Source of the DNA: an uncultured Bacilli bacterium
GTDB lineage: Bacteria > Bacillota_I > Bacilli_A > RF39 > UBA660
Reading direction: 5' to 3'
Assembly: GCA_947629375.1 (NCBI GenBank)
Contig: CANRDN010000006.1
Coordinates: forward strand, 11,605 to 75,604
Length of the DNA: 64,000 bases
The position numbers and the translations under genes are program-made. The notes below the pieces were generated by a model, which made no database searches, had not been told where the DNA came from, and was given only the letters and a program-made list of their open reading frames with translations. This document shows positions 11,643-21,091 of this stretch, piece after piece; the stretch's first letter is position 1; every line of letters begins with the position of its first letter.

Positions 11643-12836
11643 ATGTATTCCTATATTTTACTTATATTATTGAATATCTTATTTATAAGTTATATAAATA
11701 AAAAGAATGATGCTAATAATTTATATACTAAAGAAAAAAATAGTTTTTATAAAAGAAAAATTAAACTACTTGCAAGAATAATTAATATTTTTAATATCTT
11801 ATTAGGTCTTTTTAGTTATGTTATTCTAATACTTGATAAAGGTAAGATTAATATCATTGACTTAGTGTTATTTATTATAAGTGTTTTAACTTATACAATT
11901 ATTGAATTAAATAGAAAAGTTAAAGATAAAAGATTTAAACTTATAGATATGAAGTTATTTGAATTAAAAGATATATTATATGTAACTATTCCAATGGTAA
12001 TATTATTATCCGGTCGAATTTCTTATTTAAATGACCAATATAAGCTTGTTTTATATATATTAATGTCTTTATTCATATTGATAGGTTTTTACCCTGTTTT
12101 AAGCTTATTATTGGCTAATAGAAGGTATACTTGTTATACTGCTTCAGAAGAAGATTATTTTAAGGATATTAAATTCTATAAAAAGGTTCAAATAAGTAAT
12201 TTTATAAATTATTTAATCTATATTGCAGCATTTATAATGTTTGTCTTTATAAGAATACCTTATATTTATATCTTTTATATCGTTGTAGCACTGATTTTAT
12301 TTCTAGTAATTATAAAGAAAGCTAAGAAAATAAGAATAATAAGCGATAAAATTTATAAATCTATTACTTTAGCTCACGAATATCCTGGAATTAAGTTTGC
12401 TTTTGATTATACAAAAGATTTATTCTTTTTAAAGAAGTTAACATTAATACTTATATATTTCATCATTTCCCTACTTTCAATTTATTCAGTGGGGGAGAGT
12501 GCTTTCTTACTAGTATCCCTTATAGGATATTTTCTCCTACTCTATGTAGTAATTGAAGATAAGGTATACTTAATAAGGTATATTGAATCATTAAATGAAA
12601 AGTTAATTGATAAAAAGATATATACGATCAAAGAAAATAAAAAAGTATCTTATATAGATACAATTAAAATATTTAATATTAATATTTATCGTTTAGTAAT
12701 TGAAGATAATATTATTTATAAATCAAATTTAATTTTATTTGATCCAGAGTTATTAGAAAAAGAGATAGTTATCTATATAAATAAATCTAATCTAGATGAT
12801 TATATAATAATAGATACAATGTTATATGAAGAGTAG
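11643..12836 (+). CDS. Multi-pass membrane protein, unknown function
   Basis: 397-aa ORF rich in I/L/K/Y/N, with several hydrophobic helices and a soluble C-terminal part. No family recognised. Confidence 0.5.
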   Translation: MYSYILLILLNILFISYINKKNDANNLYTKEKNSFYKRKIKLLARIINIFNILLGLFSYVILILDKGKINIIDLVLFIISVLTYTIIELNRKVKDKRFKLIDMKLFELKDILYVTIPMVILLSGRISYLNDQYKLVLYILMSLFILIGFYPVLSLLLANRRYTCYTASEEDYFKDIKFYKKVQISNFINYLIYIAAFIMFVFIRIPYIYIFYIVVALILFLVIIKKAKKIRIISDKIYKSITLAHEYPGIKFAFDYTKDLFFLKKLTLILIYFIISLLSIYSVGESAFLLVSLIGYFLLLYVVIEDKVYLIRYIESLNEKLIDKKIYTIKENKKVSYIDTIKIFNINIYRLVIEDNIIYKSNLILFDPELLEKEIVIYINKSNLDDYIIIDTMLYEE

Positions 12837-13393
12837 TAATTGATATAATTATTACTTTTTATTTTTAATATTATTCAAGGCAACATAACTTTAATTATAG
12901 GAAGTCGGATGTTTTCTATAAAAAGCTTAATAGTTGTTCATTTTAATACCTTTTTAATATAACATATACTTTATTATATTTGTATACTATATCAATTATA
13001 TATACATAATTATATGTTATATATATTTATTTTAAAATTATATTTTAAATTTATTTTATTATTTAATTTTATTATCATCTATTACTTATAGATTATTTTT
13101 TTAAATAACCTGATGGATAATCCATCATCAAATATTTAAATACACTTAAAATACTTCTATTCTACCCCTTCTAAAGCAAATAAAATAATAGGGGAGTTAA
13201 ACATATTTTTTGGGGGTATATATACTAATTTATCTATTTATTATTAATTCTTATATTAATTAATTTATTAAAGAAAAATTACCATATATAATTCAAGTAA
13301 TATAAAATATTTCAATAATTAAGTATAAATATATAAAGTAATTATTGATATATAAATTTTATGATATATAACATATTATACATACATCTAAAA

Positions 13394-13450
13394 TAGGGAA
13401 GTCCCCTTCCCTAACCTTTTATATTCAAGAAAAAAACAGGGTAACCTGTT
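13394..13450 (-). terminator. Two hairpins downstream of the HTH gene
   Basis: Minus strand acagg-ttac-cctgt followed by T7 at the stop codon, then tagggaag-ggga-cttcccta followed by ttttag. Confidence 0.5.
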
Positions 13451-14225
13451 ATACTTTTCTTGTTTGTCTTGATTGAATTTCTGCTATTTTTTCAAGTACT
13501 TCTTTAGCATTGTCTTCATTTATTTCAGTGTATCCTAATTCTCTTAATGCTTGTACTTTAGCAGTATTTAACTCTTGAGTTCTAGATAATTTCTCTTCAT
13601 TCTTATGTTCAATATCTTGAACAAATCTCTTGTGAGCTTCAGCAAGTTTAACTTTAGAAGCACCACCATTGTTGTAAAGAGTTAATCCAGAGAATAAGAT
13701 ACCTTCAAAGATAAATTGTTGATCTTGATTAAATAGGAACTCATTTGGATTCGTAAATCCCATAGATTTAGAAACATATGCAAGAATATATTTAAGATCT
13801 TTATTTGTCTCCATAGATTGTAAAAAATGATATAGATAAGTGTATGCAAAGAAAGTATCTTTTGACTTATCTTCTGCTAATTTATCTTTTAATAAATTAA
13901 TAATGTCCGATAAAAGTTCTTGTTCTTTCTTACTAAATCCTTTTAAATCAGTTAGTATTTCTTTATCGGAGCTATCCTTTACACCATCATTAAGACGAGA
14001 TTCGACATCCATTATGTAATTACTATCTACTGGAAGATTTGCAAGTTCTTCTTCACCTTTAATATTTAATAATCCTAAAAGTCTAGTTGACTTTTCTTTT
14101 GGCCAATCTCTAATACTATTCATTGCTAAATAGTTATATAACATTTGTCTTGATACACCAAGATACTTAGCTAATCTTACTTTGGAAATCCCTAATTCAT
14201 TTAATATTTCATTTAATCTATCCAT
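13449..14225 (-). CDS. Helix-turn-helix (XRE-like) DNA-binding protein with uncharacterised C-terminal domain
   Basis: N-terminal LNELGISKVRLAKYLGVSRQMLYNYL HTH. ATG 14225 lies behind the RBS ttggaggtt; the tracked TTG start 14240 is inside that RBS. Confidence 0.7.
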   Translation of the reverse strand: MDRLNEILNELGISKVRLAKYLGVSRQMLYNYLAMNSIRDWPKEKSTRLLGLLNIKGEEELANLPVDSNYIMDVESRLNDGVKDSSDKEILTDLKGFSKKEQELLSDIINLLKDKLAEDKSKDTFFAYTYLYHFLQSMETNKDLKYILAYVSKSMGFTNPNEFLFNQDQQFIFEGILFSGLTLYNNGGASKVKLAEAHKRFVQDIEHKNEEKLSRTQELNTAKVQALRELGYTEINEDNAKEVLEKIAEIQSRQTRKV

Positions 14226-14252
14226 TGAAATAACCTCCAACCTTATAACTTT

Positions 14253-14288
14253 ATTTTATCAAAACTGTTTACATTGTCAAGTGTAAAC
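14253..14288 (-). promoter_or_regulatory. Promoter with overlapping palindromic operator candidate
   Basis: Minus strand TTGACA (14275..14280), 16 nt spacer, TGaTAAAAT (-10 at 14253..14258). The inverted repeat GTTTACA-N8-TGTAAAC (14267..14288) brackets the -35 box. Confidence 0.5.
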
Positions 14289-14327
14289 TAAAAAATATAT
14301 TTAATGTTATACCTTGACAAAGATTAC

Positions 14328-15434
14328 TTATAGTAAATACCAAAGTTTTTTACCATCTTTTCTTACTTCTTTAATAAGTCCTCCACCGATACATTTATCT
14401 TCAAAGTAGAAGACACACGCTTGTCCAGGTGTTACGGCTTTAACACCGTCATATTCAACTAAAACATTGCCATTATCTAAATAAGTTAATTTAACTGGAT
14501 ATTCAGTCGCACGATATCTAAATTTTGCTGTACACATAGTAGGTCTTAATTCGCAATTGAAATTAACATCTTCAACTTCACAACTTGTAGAAATTAAATA
14601 ATCATTATCTTCTTTAAAAGAAACATATAGGACATTTTTCTCTAAGTTCTTTCCTACAACGAATAATCTATCCTTATTACCACCAATATCTAGTCCTTTT
14701 CTTTGACCGATAGTGTAGTACATAAGACCATTATGCTCCCCTACTTTCTTATTTGTATCTATATCGATTACATCACCAGGTTGGCTTGGTAAATAATTAC
14801 TTAAAAACTCCTTAAAGTGTCTTTCACCGATAAAACAAATACCAGTAGAATCCTTTTTATGAGCCGTTATTAAATTGTTTTCTTCAGCTATTTTTCTTAC
14901 CTCTGTTTTATCTATATCTCCAAGAGGAAATAAAACATTTTGTAACTGTTCTTTACTTAACTGACACAAAAAATAAGTTTGATCTTTATTACTATCTTTA
15001 GCTTTCTTTAAATATCCATCTTCCATTTTAGCATAGTGACCTGTTGCAATATAGTCTGCTCCTAGTCTTTTAGCTTCTTTAGCAAATAAATCAAATTTAA
15101 TATATTTATTACACATAATATCAGGGTTAGGCGTTCTTCCTTTTTTTAATTCATCAAGAAAATATTCAAAAACATAATCCCAATATTCTTTAACAAAATC
15201 AATTCTATGAAGAGGAATACCTAACTTTTTACAAACTTCAACCGCATCATTATAATCTTGTTCTTGAGGACAGATATTATTATTTAAATTAGGATTACCC
15301 ATAATATCGTTATTTATAGATGAATCCCAGTTTCTCATAAATAAGCCTTCAACTTCGTAACCTTGCTTCATAAGAAGAATTGCTGCCACTGAAGAATCAA
15401 CTCCTCCACTCATTCCAATAATAACTTTACTCAT
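14328..15434 (-). CDS. mnmA: tRNA 2-thiouridine(34) synthase MnmA
   Basis: PP-loop GMSGGVDSS, TGHYA, and a full-length match to the MnmA pattern. ATG 15434 with RBS ttggtga is preferred. Confidence 0.92.
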   Translation of the reverse strand: MSKVIIGMSGGVDSSVAAILLMKQGYEVEGLFMRNWDSSINNDIMGNPNLNNNICPQEQDYNDAVEVCKKLGIPLHRIDFVKEYWDYVFEYFLDELKKGRTPNPDIMCNKYIKFDLFAKEAKRLGADYIATGHYAKMEDGYLKKAKDSNKDQTYFLCQLSKEQLQNVLFPLGDIDKTEVRKIAEENNLITAHKKDSTGICFIGERHFKEFLSNYLPSQPGDVIDIDTNKKVGEHNGLMYYTIGQRKGLDIGGNKDRLFVVGKNLEKNVLYVSFKEDNDYLISTSCEVEDVNFNCELRPTMCTAKFRYRATEYPVKLTYLDNGNVLVEYDGVKAVTPGQACVFYFEDKCIGGGLIKEVRKDGKKLWYLL

Positions 15435-15470
15435 TAAAATCACCAAGGTAATTATACTACATAATTATAA

Positions 15471-16076
15471 TTAATAAAAGAAATTAATGAGATAACCTAC
15501 TACAAAAGATTCATATAAAGATATAAATAAAGTAGTAACTAAACAAATTAATAAAATCTTTAAATATCTATTCATCGATTCTCTAAAATTAATTGGTCTT
15601 TTTAAAAAGAAATTTCTAAATATTTTAAAAGAAAATGATAAAGCATAAAAAGTAATTAAAAGAAGGACTATAAGATATAAAACCTTATGAGGAAATAACT
15701 CGATTACGGAAAGCAGTGCTCCTTTAAATCCAAAAGAAGAGAAAATACTAGATAATGAAAAACCAAATAGAAAATATTTAAATAAAAACATCAAAATAAT
15801 TATAGGAATACCTATTATTGAGATACCTAATATCCAGATAATTATAATATAAAGATAGTTATTAAAGAGATTTTTAAAGAATATGGAAAGAGAAACTCCA
15901 ACATTATCTATGTAATTAGTAAGTGTTTCTTTTATTAAATTAAGGCTTTCTTTATTTATCATAAAGATAAATAGAATACCAAAAATAAATGCTAGAAATG
16001 CTAGTCCAATTAATACTAAATATAAAAATTTTTGTCTACTATTATTACTTTTATTAATAAATATTCTTCTTTTCAT
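15471..16076 (-). CDS. spoIIM: Stage II sporulation protein M
   Basis: IIWILGISIIGIPIIILMFLFKYFLFGFS..., ELFPHKVLYLIVLL and LYESFV align with B. subtilis SpoIIM (LMWILGISVIGLPLILIMLFLKG..., LPQNLFLIP..., LFEAYL). Confidence 0.8.
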   Translation of the reverse strand: MKRRIFINKSNNSRQKFLYLVLIGLAFLAFIFGILFIFMINKESLNLIKETLTNYIDNVGVSLSIFFKNLFNNYLYIIIIWILGISIIGIPIIILMFLFKYFLFGFSLSSIFSSFGFKGALLSVIELFPHKVLYLIVLLLITFYALSFSFKIFRNFFLKRPINFRESMNRYLKILLICLVTTLFISLYESFVVGYLINFFY

Positions 16077-16175
16077 TCTATCACCACTACAATATATTAC
16101 TCTATAAAATAATTTATTCTAAAAACATAGACATTTATTTAATTTTTTTATATAATTGTTGATGAGGTGAATAAA

Positions 16176-16277
16176 ATGAGTCAAAAAACAATTAAGATTG
16201 TGTCTGCTATATTAGCAGGTGTTATGATATTCACATTAGTTGCTGGTTGGGTTTTAATGTTACAAGGACAAGGGTAA
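16176..16277 (+). CDS. 33-aa single-TM micro-protein (below ORF-track cutoff)
   Basis: RBS gatgaggtga 6 nt before ATG; peptide MSQKTIKIVSAILAGVMIFTLVAGWVLMLQGQG. tataat at 16151..16156 upstream and its own terminator downstream. Confidence 0.5.
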   Translation: MSQKTIKIVSAILAGVMIFTLVAGWVLMLQGQG

Positions 16278-16293
16278 AAAGAATAAAAGAATA

Positions 16294-16333
16294 AAGGGAG
16301 TTAAAGTTAATAGTTATTAATTCCTTTTTGTTT
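16294..16333 (+). terminator. Intrinsic terminator after the 33-aa ORF
   Basis: aagggagttaa ... ttaattccttt stem (one G-U pair) followed by ttttgttt. Confidence 0.55.
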
Positions 16334-16354
16334 GGAATTTTATAGAGGTGTTTT

Positions 16355-17221
16355 ATGAGAATAGCAGAAATTAAAGAAAGAATTGAAAATATTTATGGAG
16401 AAAGTAAAAAAGATAATGAACCAGTCTTCTATTTGAGTGATTATACAGTAGATGAGAATGGTAAGATTATTGTAAATGAGTTATTAGCACTCGATAATAA
16501 TATGTCTAATATCGATATATCTAATAATTTAATTTTAACTGATAGACTTGGTAATGTCTTATTAAATCAAAGATCTGACTGTTTCGAGTATCGTTATACA
16601 ATTCTTAAAGTTGATAACGATGAAATATTAATCGATAAAAGAAAAAGAGTAAATAATTTAGAATTACCTAAAAATAGCGAAAGTGTTACTCTATATCAAT
16701 ATAAAGATGGAAAACTAGAAAGTATCGATGAACTTAAGGATAATAATACAGAAAGAATAGTAAGTACTATCTGGCCTTGCAAAGATAAAAAGATTGTTAT
16801 TGTTAAATCTAAAAAGAACGATAAAGATAATGCATATTTATATTCTTTAGAAGAAAAAAAAATAATCTCCCCTACTTTCTCATCACTTGAAGTTGTAAGT
16901 GATACTGATGGAAAGTTATTAAGGTTCACTGATTATGCTGAATCAAACGAAAAACTTGATGGTAATAAGCTTGAATCAGAGATAATTGGATATATCACTG
17001 TAGATGGTGTACTTAAAAATACATTGTATGATGGTAGAACTAATGAGATAAAGACAGTTGAACTTGATACACATCCTAATTTTATGCAGTATAAAGCTTT
17101 TAAAAACTACTTAAGTAATGCTTTAGACTTGGATATTGAAAAAGAAAATAGAAGAAGATTTAATAAGAGTTTAACACTTAGAAATTTTGAATATAATATT
17201 AAAAGAAATAATAATAAATAA
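16355..17221 (+). CDS. Hypothetical soluble protein
   Basis: 288-aa ORF with RBS-like agaggtg upstream. No recognisable motif. Confidence 0.5.
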   Translation: MRIAEIKERIENIYGESKKDNEPVFYLSDYTVDENGKIIVNELLALDNNMSNIDISNNLILTDRLGNVLLNQRSDCFEYRYTILKVDNDEILIDKRKRVNNLELPKNSESVTLYQYKDGKLESIDELKDNNTERIVSTIWPCKDKKIVIVKSKKNDKDNAYLYSLEEKKIISPTFSSLEVVSDTDGKLLRFTDYAESNEKLDGNKLESEIIGYITVDGVLKNTLYDGRTNEIKTVELDTHPNFMQYKAFKNYLSNALDLDIEKENRRRFNKSLTLRNFEYNIKRNNNK

Positions 17222-17251
17222 AGTATTTTCATAATATGTCTTAGGTGGCAT

Positions 17252-18547
17252 ATGAAAGATACTTTTTTTAAATCAGCATTAATTCTCCTTATTGGAGGAG
17301 CCTTAACTAAAATGTTAGGGATGCTTATTAAAATAATAATGACAAGAATTGTAGGAATAGATGGTGTAAGTATTTATATGCTAGTGTTTCCTACTTTTTC
17401 TTTATTTATGACAATTGCAGAACTGGGGTTTCCAACAGCAATTTCCAAGCTTATTTCAGAAGAGACTCACAATAATAAAAATTTAATATTATCGATTATT
17501 CCTCTTTCATTAATATTTAATATTATTCTAATGGTTGTTGTTATAACAATGAGTCCTGTAATCACTCATTTTATAAATGATCCAAGAGCATTGTATCCCA
17601 TTATGTCTATTGCTTTAGTCTTACCTTTTGACTCGTTATCATCGATATTAAGAGGGTATTTCTTTGGTAAGCAGAAAATGATTCCTCATATACTTTCTCT
17701 TATAACAGAACAAATAATAAGGCTATTATTTATCTTACTTATTGTACCTTCCCTACTTTCTAAAGGAATTGTCGTAACTGTATCATCTTTAATTGGAATA
17801 AATATGCTTAGTGAGTTTATCTCTACTCTTGTCTTATTACTATTTATAAAGAATAAAAAGATAAGTAAAGAAGAACTTAAATTAAATAAAAAAGAAATAA
17901 AGAATGTTTTATCTATTTCTATTCCTACTACTCTATCGCGATTAATCGGCTCTATTTCTTATTTCTTTGAACCAATTATTATTACGACAACATTAATTAA
18001 TCAAGGTTATTTATCCTCTTTTGTTATAAAAGAATATGGAATAATAGAGGGCTTTGTCTTACCACTTCTTTTAATACCTTCATTTTTAACAAATGCCTTA
18101 AGTGGTGCTCTTATACCTGATATATCCAAAAGATTCGTTAAAAGGGATTTATTGGCCATTAAAAGAAGAATCAAGCAAGTAATAAAGTTAACTTTAATAA
18201 TTGGGATAGTATCTTTAAGTATAATTTATCTAAATCCAAGTTACTTTTTAAAATTAATATACAAAATTGATGAAGGAAGTAACTATTTAAAAGTCCTTGC
18301 TCCTTTCTTTATTATCTTATATATTCAAAATCCCCTTGAAAATATTTTACAAGCTATCAATAAATCTAAAAGTGTAATGCTTAATAATATTATCGGAACT
18401 TTAACAAAACTTTTATCTATCTTTATCTTTAGTTTCTTTAAGATTGGGCTTTATAACTTAATTATCGGTATTATTTTAAGTATTTTAATTACTACTTATC
18501 TACATTATAGAGCAATAAAAAAGGAGCTTAATGCTTCGCTTGTTTGA
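17252..18547 (+). CDS. spoVB: Stage V sporulation protein B / MurJ-type (MOP) flippase
   Basis: The N-terminus FFKSALILLIGGALTKMLGMLIKIIMTRIVGIDGVSIYMLVFPTF...GFPTAISKLISE...LRGYFFGKQKM aligns closely with B. subtilis SpoVB. At 431 aa it is shorter than the 518-aa Bacillus protein. Confidence 0.8.
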   Translation: MKDTFFKSALILLIGGALTKMLGMLIKIIMTRIVGIDGVSIYMLVFPTFSLFMTIAELGFPTAISKLISEETHNNKNLILSIIPLSLIFNIILMVVVITMSPVITHFINDPRALYPIMSIALVLPFDSLSSILRGYFFGKQKMIPHILSLITEQIIRLLFILLIVPSLLSKGIVVTVSSLIGINMLSEFISTLVLLLFIKNKKISKEELKLNKKEIKNVLSISIPTTLSRLIGSISYFFEPIIITTTLINQGYLSSFVIKEYGIIEGFVLPLLLIPSFLTNALSGALIPDISKRFVKRDLLAIKRRIKQVIKLTLIIGIVSLSIIYLNPSYFLKLIYKIDEGSNYLKVLAPFFIILYIQNPLENILQAINKSKSVMLNNIIGTLTKLLSIFIFSFFKIGLYNLIIGIILSILITTYLHYRAIKKELNASLV

Positions 18548-19070
18548 TTAAGAACTTAATGCTTTTAGTATCGAATCTATCAGCATTATTCATTGTAAAT
18601 CTACTTAATGGATAGTTCTCAGTATATGAATCATTTAAAAGATCTAGATTTTCGGCAATTAATCTATATTTTTCTAGTTCTTCTTGTTTCTTTTCTAATT
18701 TTTTCTTTTTTTCATTTGCTATAGAATCCATTAAAATAAAACCTAAAGAAACTGCTAAAGATGCAATAGATAGTTTTTTGTTGTTAAGTACAACAAAAGC
18801 ACCTGATGCAATAACAGAACCAAAAGATAATAGTAAAGAAGTATTGATAGCAAGATTAGTTATACTCATTTTTTTATTTAAATTCGTTTCTCTTTTAGGA
18901 TCTAAGACTTGTGTTTTCATTTTGTTTTCTAATTCTTCAATAAGTTCAACACTATAGTCTTTTAATTTATAAGTTGAATCTGCATAATTTACTTTAACCT
19001 TATCACCGACAAATGTATATCCTGTTATAAAGTTTGATTTATCTGAAATTTTAGTCGTAATATCATTCAT
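18528..19070 (-). CDS. Hypothetical membrane protein
   Basis: 180 aa with two central hydrophobic helices and a coiled-coil KKKKLEKKQEELEKY. Its 3' end overlaps the spoVB 3' end by 20 nt (convergent). Confidence 0.5.
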   Translation of the reverse strand: MNDITTKISDKSNFITGYTFVGDKVKVNYADSTYKLKDYSVELIEELENKMKTQVLDPKRETNLNKKMSITNLAINTSLLLSFGSVIASGAFVVLNNKKLSIASLAVSLGFILMDSIANEKKKKLEKKQEELEKYRLIAENLDLLNDSYTENYPLSRFTMNNADRFDTKSIKFLIKQAKH

Positions 19071-19082
19071 AGTAATTTCTCC

Positions 19083-19784
19083 TTATTTTATTGTATATTT
19101 TTTAACAGTTTCTTTATCTTTCTTTGTTACTCGATAAGAATCACAAATTTTAGATATTGTTTTATTTTGAACATCTTTACTTAATTTTTTCTCTTTTAAA
19201 AGTGCAAGTGTATCTTCTCTAAATTTAATAAAACAGATAGATAAAAGCCAGGCAATGGCCATATTTACATAGTAGTAATCAGAGTCTTTTAACGATATAG
19301 AAAGAATATCTTTTATATGGTCACTATCGACATAATAATTAAGAAGAATAACATACCCTACTCTTACATAAAATTCTCTACTATCTAGAATTAATCCATA
19401 ACAAACATCAGAAAAATCTTCTTTTTTCATTATTTTAAAATTAGAAACTGGAGAATCACATAAAGCCCAACAATCTATTTTAGGTAAATATTTATAAAAG
19501 TACTCTAAAAACTCATTAGGTTCTTCGATGTACCCAAGAAGTAATCCTTCAATTAATATTTCTTCATAATAAGTGCTTTTTGGAATATCTAAGAAGTCTT
19601 TATAATCTGTTTTACTTATATCTTTAGCAATTACTCTTAAAATAGGTATTTTTATTCCTAATACTTTATACTTAGTATTTATTATTTTCTCATTAAATGC
19701 TTTAGTTTTCTCATCCTTAAGTCCTTCTAAATATTTAAGAAATTTATTATATGTTTCAAGATTCCATTTAACCTTAATCTTCAT
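19083..19784 (-). CDS. DNA alkylation repair (AlkD-like HEAT-repeat) family protein
   Basis: 233 aa. Length and the IDCWALCDS region resemble, from memory, the DNA_alkylation family. Confidence 0.5.
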   Translation of the reverse strand: MKIKVKWNLETYNKFLKYLEGLKDEKTKAFNEKIINTKYKVLGIKIPILRVIAKDISKTDYKDFLDIPKSTYYEEILIEGLLLGYIEEPNEFLEYFYKYLPKIDCWALCDSPVSNFKIMKKEDFSDVCYGLILDSREFYVRVGYVILLNYYVDSDHIKDILSISLKDSDYYYVNMAIAWLLSICFIKFREDTLALLKEKKLSKDVQNKTISKICDSYRVTKKDKETVKKYTIK

Positions 19785-21063
19785 TATCTATTTCTCCAAA
19801 GATATATGGATATTCAACATTAATTAATGTTACTTCTTTAAAAGTAGAACTTGGAATTGTTCCAATAACTTTAACACTTAAATAGTTAGTAGTATGTCCA
19901 TAAGAATAGCCATCCTTACTTGTCTCAAATAATACTTCAAGTTTTTTACCTAAGAATTTTCTCATATAGTCAATTTCAAGTTTCTGAGATAATAGAAGTA
20001 ATTTATCAGTATGTTCTTTCTTTAAGTAATCAGGTATTTGTGCAAGTCTACTAGATGGAGTATCTTTTCTTACTGAATAAGGGAAAACGTGCAATTTAGA
20101 GAAGTTTATTTCTTTAACATTTTCAATTACTTTCTTAAATTCTTCATCTGTTTCTCCAGGGTGTCCTGTAATTATATCCGTTGTAATTGAAACATCTTTA
20201 CTTATTTCTCTTATTTTCTTTATTTTTTCCTTAAAGTATTCGATATCATATTTACGATTCATTAGTTTAAGAACTTTATCACTTCCACTTTGTATAGGAA
20301 TATGAAAGTGATTTACGATTACTTTATTGTTTTTGATTATTTCTAGTACTTCATCAGTTAGTTCAGTAACTTCAATAGATGAGATTCTAAGTCTTTTTAA
20401 GCCTTCAATCTTAACAAGTTCTCTTAGCAATGTAGCAAAATTTATTCCTAGATCTACTCCATAATTACCCGTATGAATTCCAGTAAGAATTATTTCTTTA
20501 TATCCATTTTTTACAAGTGTTTCGACTTCTTTTACGGCAACATCCAACTTTTTACTACGACATTTACCACGAACTTTAGGAATTATGCAGTAACTGCAAA
20601 AGTTTTCACATCCGTCTTGAACTTTGACGAATGCTCTAGTTCTTGTGTTATATTTATCAAGATACATATCTTCAAATGAAGAATCAAAGTCATCATATAA
20701 TCTATTAATTTTGTTGTGAGACTCTAAAAAGTCCTTAATTAAATCGACAACGATACTTTTATCTTTATTACCAATTACGATATCTATTTCAGGTAATATT
20801 TCACTTATATTATCTTTTTCATATTCTACAAAGCATCCCATAGCAACGATACAGGCTTCTTTATTTAATTTTCTAGCGTGTCTTATCATCTTTCTACTTT
20901 TAGAATCAGATGTATTTGTAACGGTACAAGTATTTATAATATAAACATCGTTAACAGCATCAAAATCATTTATTTCGAATCCTGCTTCTTTTAATTTGTT
21001 TATTACATATTCACTTTCATATGTATTTACTTTACAACCTAAAGTATAAATACCAACTTTCAT
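19774..21063 (-). CDS. mtaB: tRNA N6-threonylcarbamoyladenosine methylthiotransferase MtaB (YqeV)
   Basis: MTTase N-terminus (VGIYTLGCKVN) and radical-SAM CENFCSYC. ATG 21063 lies behind the RBS aagaggtga. Confidence 0.88.
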   Translation of the reverse strand: MKVGIYTLGCKVNTYESEYVINKLKEAGFEINDFDAVNDVYIINTCTVTNTSDSKSRKMIRHARKLNKEACIVAMGCFVEYEKDNISEILPEIDIVIGNKDKSIVVDLIKDFLESHNKINRLYDDFDSSFEDMYLDKYNTRTRAFVKVQDGCENFCSYCIIPKVRGKCRSKKLDVAVKEVETLVKNGYKEIILTGIHTGNYGVDLGINFATLLRELVKIEGLKRLRISSIEVTELTDEVLEIIKNNKVIVNHFHIPIQSGSDKVLKLMNRKYDIEYFKEKIKKIREISKDVSITTDIITGHPGETDEEFKKVIENVKEINFSKLHVFPYSVRKDTPSSRLAQIPDYLKKEHTDKLLLLSQKLEIDYMRKFLGKKLEVLFETSKDGYSYGHTTNYLSVKVIGTIPSSTFKEVTLINVEYPYIFGEIDNED

Positions 21064-21091
21064 AATCTTCACCTCTTAAAAAGAAAAAGAA

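Noticed and set aside
12837-13448. The AT-rich desert considered as a possible CRISPR leader or array, rRNA/tRNA locus or replication origin.
   Set aside because: I saw no regularly spaced direct repeats, no DnaA-box clusters (TTATCCACA-like) and no tRNA-like GC-rich arms. Only composition and scattered hairpins remain, so it is reported merely as an anomaly.
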